From the NCBI GenBank assembly GCA_900541495.1, contig UQKC01000001.1:39178-103177 (forward strand): DNA of 64,000 nucleotides, written 5' to 3'. The DNA comes from an uncultured Ruminococcus sp. (GTDB taxonomy: Bacteria; Bacillota; Clostridia; Oscillospirales; Ruminococcaceae). Below the pieces are notes generated by a model. That model was not told the DNA's origin and did no database searches. It worked only from the letters and a program-made list of their open reading frames with translations. Made by a program: the position numbers and the translations under genes. Numbering within the stretch: the first letter of the stretch is position 1; each line of letters opens with the position of its first letter. Shown here piece by piece: positions 62,418-64,000 of this stretch.

Positions 62418-64000
62418 TTATTTTCCCAACATTCTGTTGTAAATCTCATCGCGTGAAGAAAGCTGCTCCTTCGCTGCTTTAAGCGTTGAATCGGTTATAT
62501 TGTCACCGCCCATTATTCTCGCTATCTCTCCTGCTCTTGAATTCTTGTCAAGCATAGATACCTCTGTAAATGTTCTGTTGTCTTTTGTCTTTTTCTCGAT
62601 AAAAAGATGACTGTCCGCCATTACAGCTATCTGGGAAAGATGTGTTACACACAAAACCTGACGGCTTCGGGATATCTCACGGAGCTTTACGCCTATCTTC
62701 TGCGCAGCCTTGCCGCTTACACCGGTATCGATCTCGTCAAATATCATTGTCGGAACGTCATCTTTTTCCGCTGTAACATTTTTTATTGCAAGCATTATTC
62801 GTGAAAGCTCACCGCCCGATGCTATCTTCGCAATAGGCTTAGGAGGCTCTCCCGCATTGACGGATATAAGTATCTCCATTGAATCCATTCCCGAACTTGT
62901 GAGCTTTCCGAGCATCTGTGATATTTCAAGCTTAACATTTGGCATATCAAGGAATTTCAGTTCATTTTCTATCTTGGATGAAAGCTGATCTGCCGCTTCG
63001 CGACGTTTCTGTGACAAGTTCTTCGCCTTTGCACTTACTTCTTTAAGAAGCTCATTTCGCTCAGCACTTATCCTCTTTATCTCTTCCGTATTGTCAATAA
63101 GTTCGGCAGCTTCGTTCTGCGCCGAAGTGTATTTTTCTATGACATCTTTAAGCTCAGGACCATACTTTTTCTTTATAGATATCAAAGTATCTCTTCTGTT
63201 GTCAAGATATGATAAACGGCTCTCGTCCACATCAATACTGTCATTCAGACTTTTTATCTGATCCGCGATGTCAGCAGCTTCTATTTTTAAGCTGTCAAGA
63301 CGTGACGATATTTCATCAAGCGAGGGCATTATATCAGAATAACGCTTTAGATCCGTAATTATATCATTGATAACACCGCAGATCCCGTCGTTATCATCGT
63401 CGCCCGAAATTTCTTCCGCCGCCGAAGATAAGGTCTTAGAAATTGCACTGCTGTTGCTGATAACATTAAATTCGTTATCTATCTTTTCGTCCTCATTTTC
63501 GTCCGAGATCTGAGCTTCCTTTATCTCATTCGTCATTATTCTGAGAGTTTCAAGACGTGACAATTTTTCCGATTCGTTATCGGATAATTTTTTTATTCGT
63601 CGTGAAATATTCTGCAATTTGTGGAAACTTTCCCGATAATCCTCGATCTCACTTTGTATACCTGCAAAATTATCAACGATGTCAATATGCTTTTCTGGAT
63701 ACATAAGTATACGGTTATCGTGCTGACCATGAACATCTATCAGCGTTATGCCGATCTCCTTTAAAACGGAAACCGAAGATGTGCGTGAATTTATGCGAAC
63801 TCCGCTGCCGCCGTCAGATGATATTGTTCTTGTAATAAGCAGTTCATCATCCGAATGATCAATACCGAACTCGTCAAGCTTTTCCTTTGTTTCAGCAGAA
63901 AGTCCCTTGAATAATGCCGTCACCGAAGCCTTATCACAGCCTGAGCGGACAATATCCTTGCTGACCCTTTTTCCGAGAACAGCATTTATTCCGTTTATAA
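62418..64000 (-). CDS. recN: DNA repair protein RecN (C-terminal ~527 codons; N-terminus beyond the window end)
   Basis: SMC-like coiled coil plus ABC signature ASGGELSR and Walker B IFDEIDTGVSG; the frame stays open to position 64000. Confidence 0.85.
   Translation of the reverse strand, partial: INGINAVLGKRVSKDIVRSGCDKASVTALFKGLSAETKEKLDEFGIDHSDDELLITRTISSDGGSGVRINSRTSSVSVLKEIGITLIDVHGQHDNRILMYPEKHIDIVDNFAGIQSEIEDYRESFHKLQNISRRIKKLSDNESEKLSRLETLRIMTNEIKEAQISDENEDEKIDNEFNVISNSSAISKTLSSAAEEISGDDDNDGICGVINDIITDLKRYSDIMPSLDEISSRLDSLKIEAADIADQIKSLNDSIDVDESRLSYLDNRRDTLISIKKKYGPELKDVIEKYTSAQNEAAELIDNTEEIKRISAERNELLKEVSAKAKNLSQKRREAADQLSSKIENELKFLDMPNVKLEISQMLGKLTSSGMDSMEILISVNAGEPPKPIAKIASGGELSRIMLAIKNVTAEKDDVPTMIFDEIDTGVSGKAAQKIGVKLREISRSRQVLCVTHLSQIAVMADSHLFIEKKTKDNRTFTEVSMLDKNSRAGEIARIMGGDNITDSTLKAAKEQLSSRDEIYNRMLGK

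Overview
This window looks like chromosome from a spore-forming Firmicute of class Clostridia (roughly 40% GC). A partial cotJ operon sits at the left edge and SpoIVA and a SipL/SpoVID-like gene lie mid-window. Most of it is housekeeping: competence genes (comEA, a ComF-like gene, comEC) with a RecD2 helicase, an MreB-family gene, Na+-pump decarboxylase subunits (OadG-like, OadB), an MscS channel, an asd-GNAT-dapA-dapB operon preceded by a lysine riboswitch, queA and tgt, an AMP-dependent ligase, pyrB carrying a fused PyrI zinc domain, GH31 and GH4 glycosidases, a class A PBP, a THUMP methyltransferase, rpe, a DHHW/MBOAT pair, RnmV, holA, HIT, alaS, yebC, mini-RNase III, NUDIX, obg, rpmA-rplU and a partial recN. 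The main accessory feature is a roughly 9.6-kb integrated inovirus-like (filamentous phage) prophage at about 29436..39037. It carries an HUH/2-Tyr rolling-circle Rep, a Zot/pI-type assembly ATPase, a pIII-like adsorption protein, small coat-like membrane proteins, two divergent RHH repressors with operator repeats, and an iteron/inverted-repeat array. It is flanked by an exact 21-bp direct repeat, and the right copy is embedded in a perfect 12-6-12 palindrome. Other things worth a second look: a 1348-aa repeat-rich protein ending in a zinc ribbon, convergent with spoIVA; an rpe-rnfD-rnfE-rnfA-like operon with no RnfC/G/B partners; a 159-bp element with 30-bp imperfect terminal inverted repeats; and a mini-III gene with no canonical start codon. 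All calls come from reading the sequence and ORF translations and from remembered family signatures. No database searches were run.
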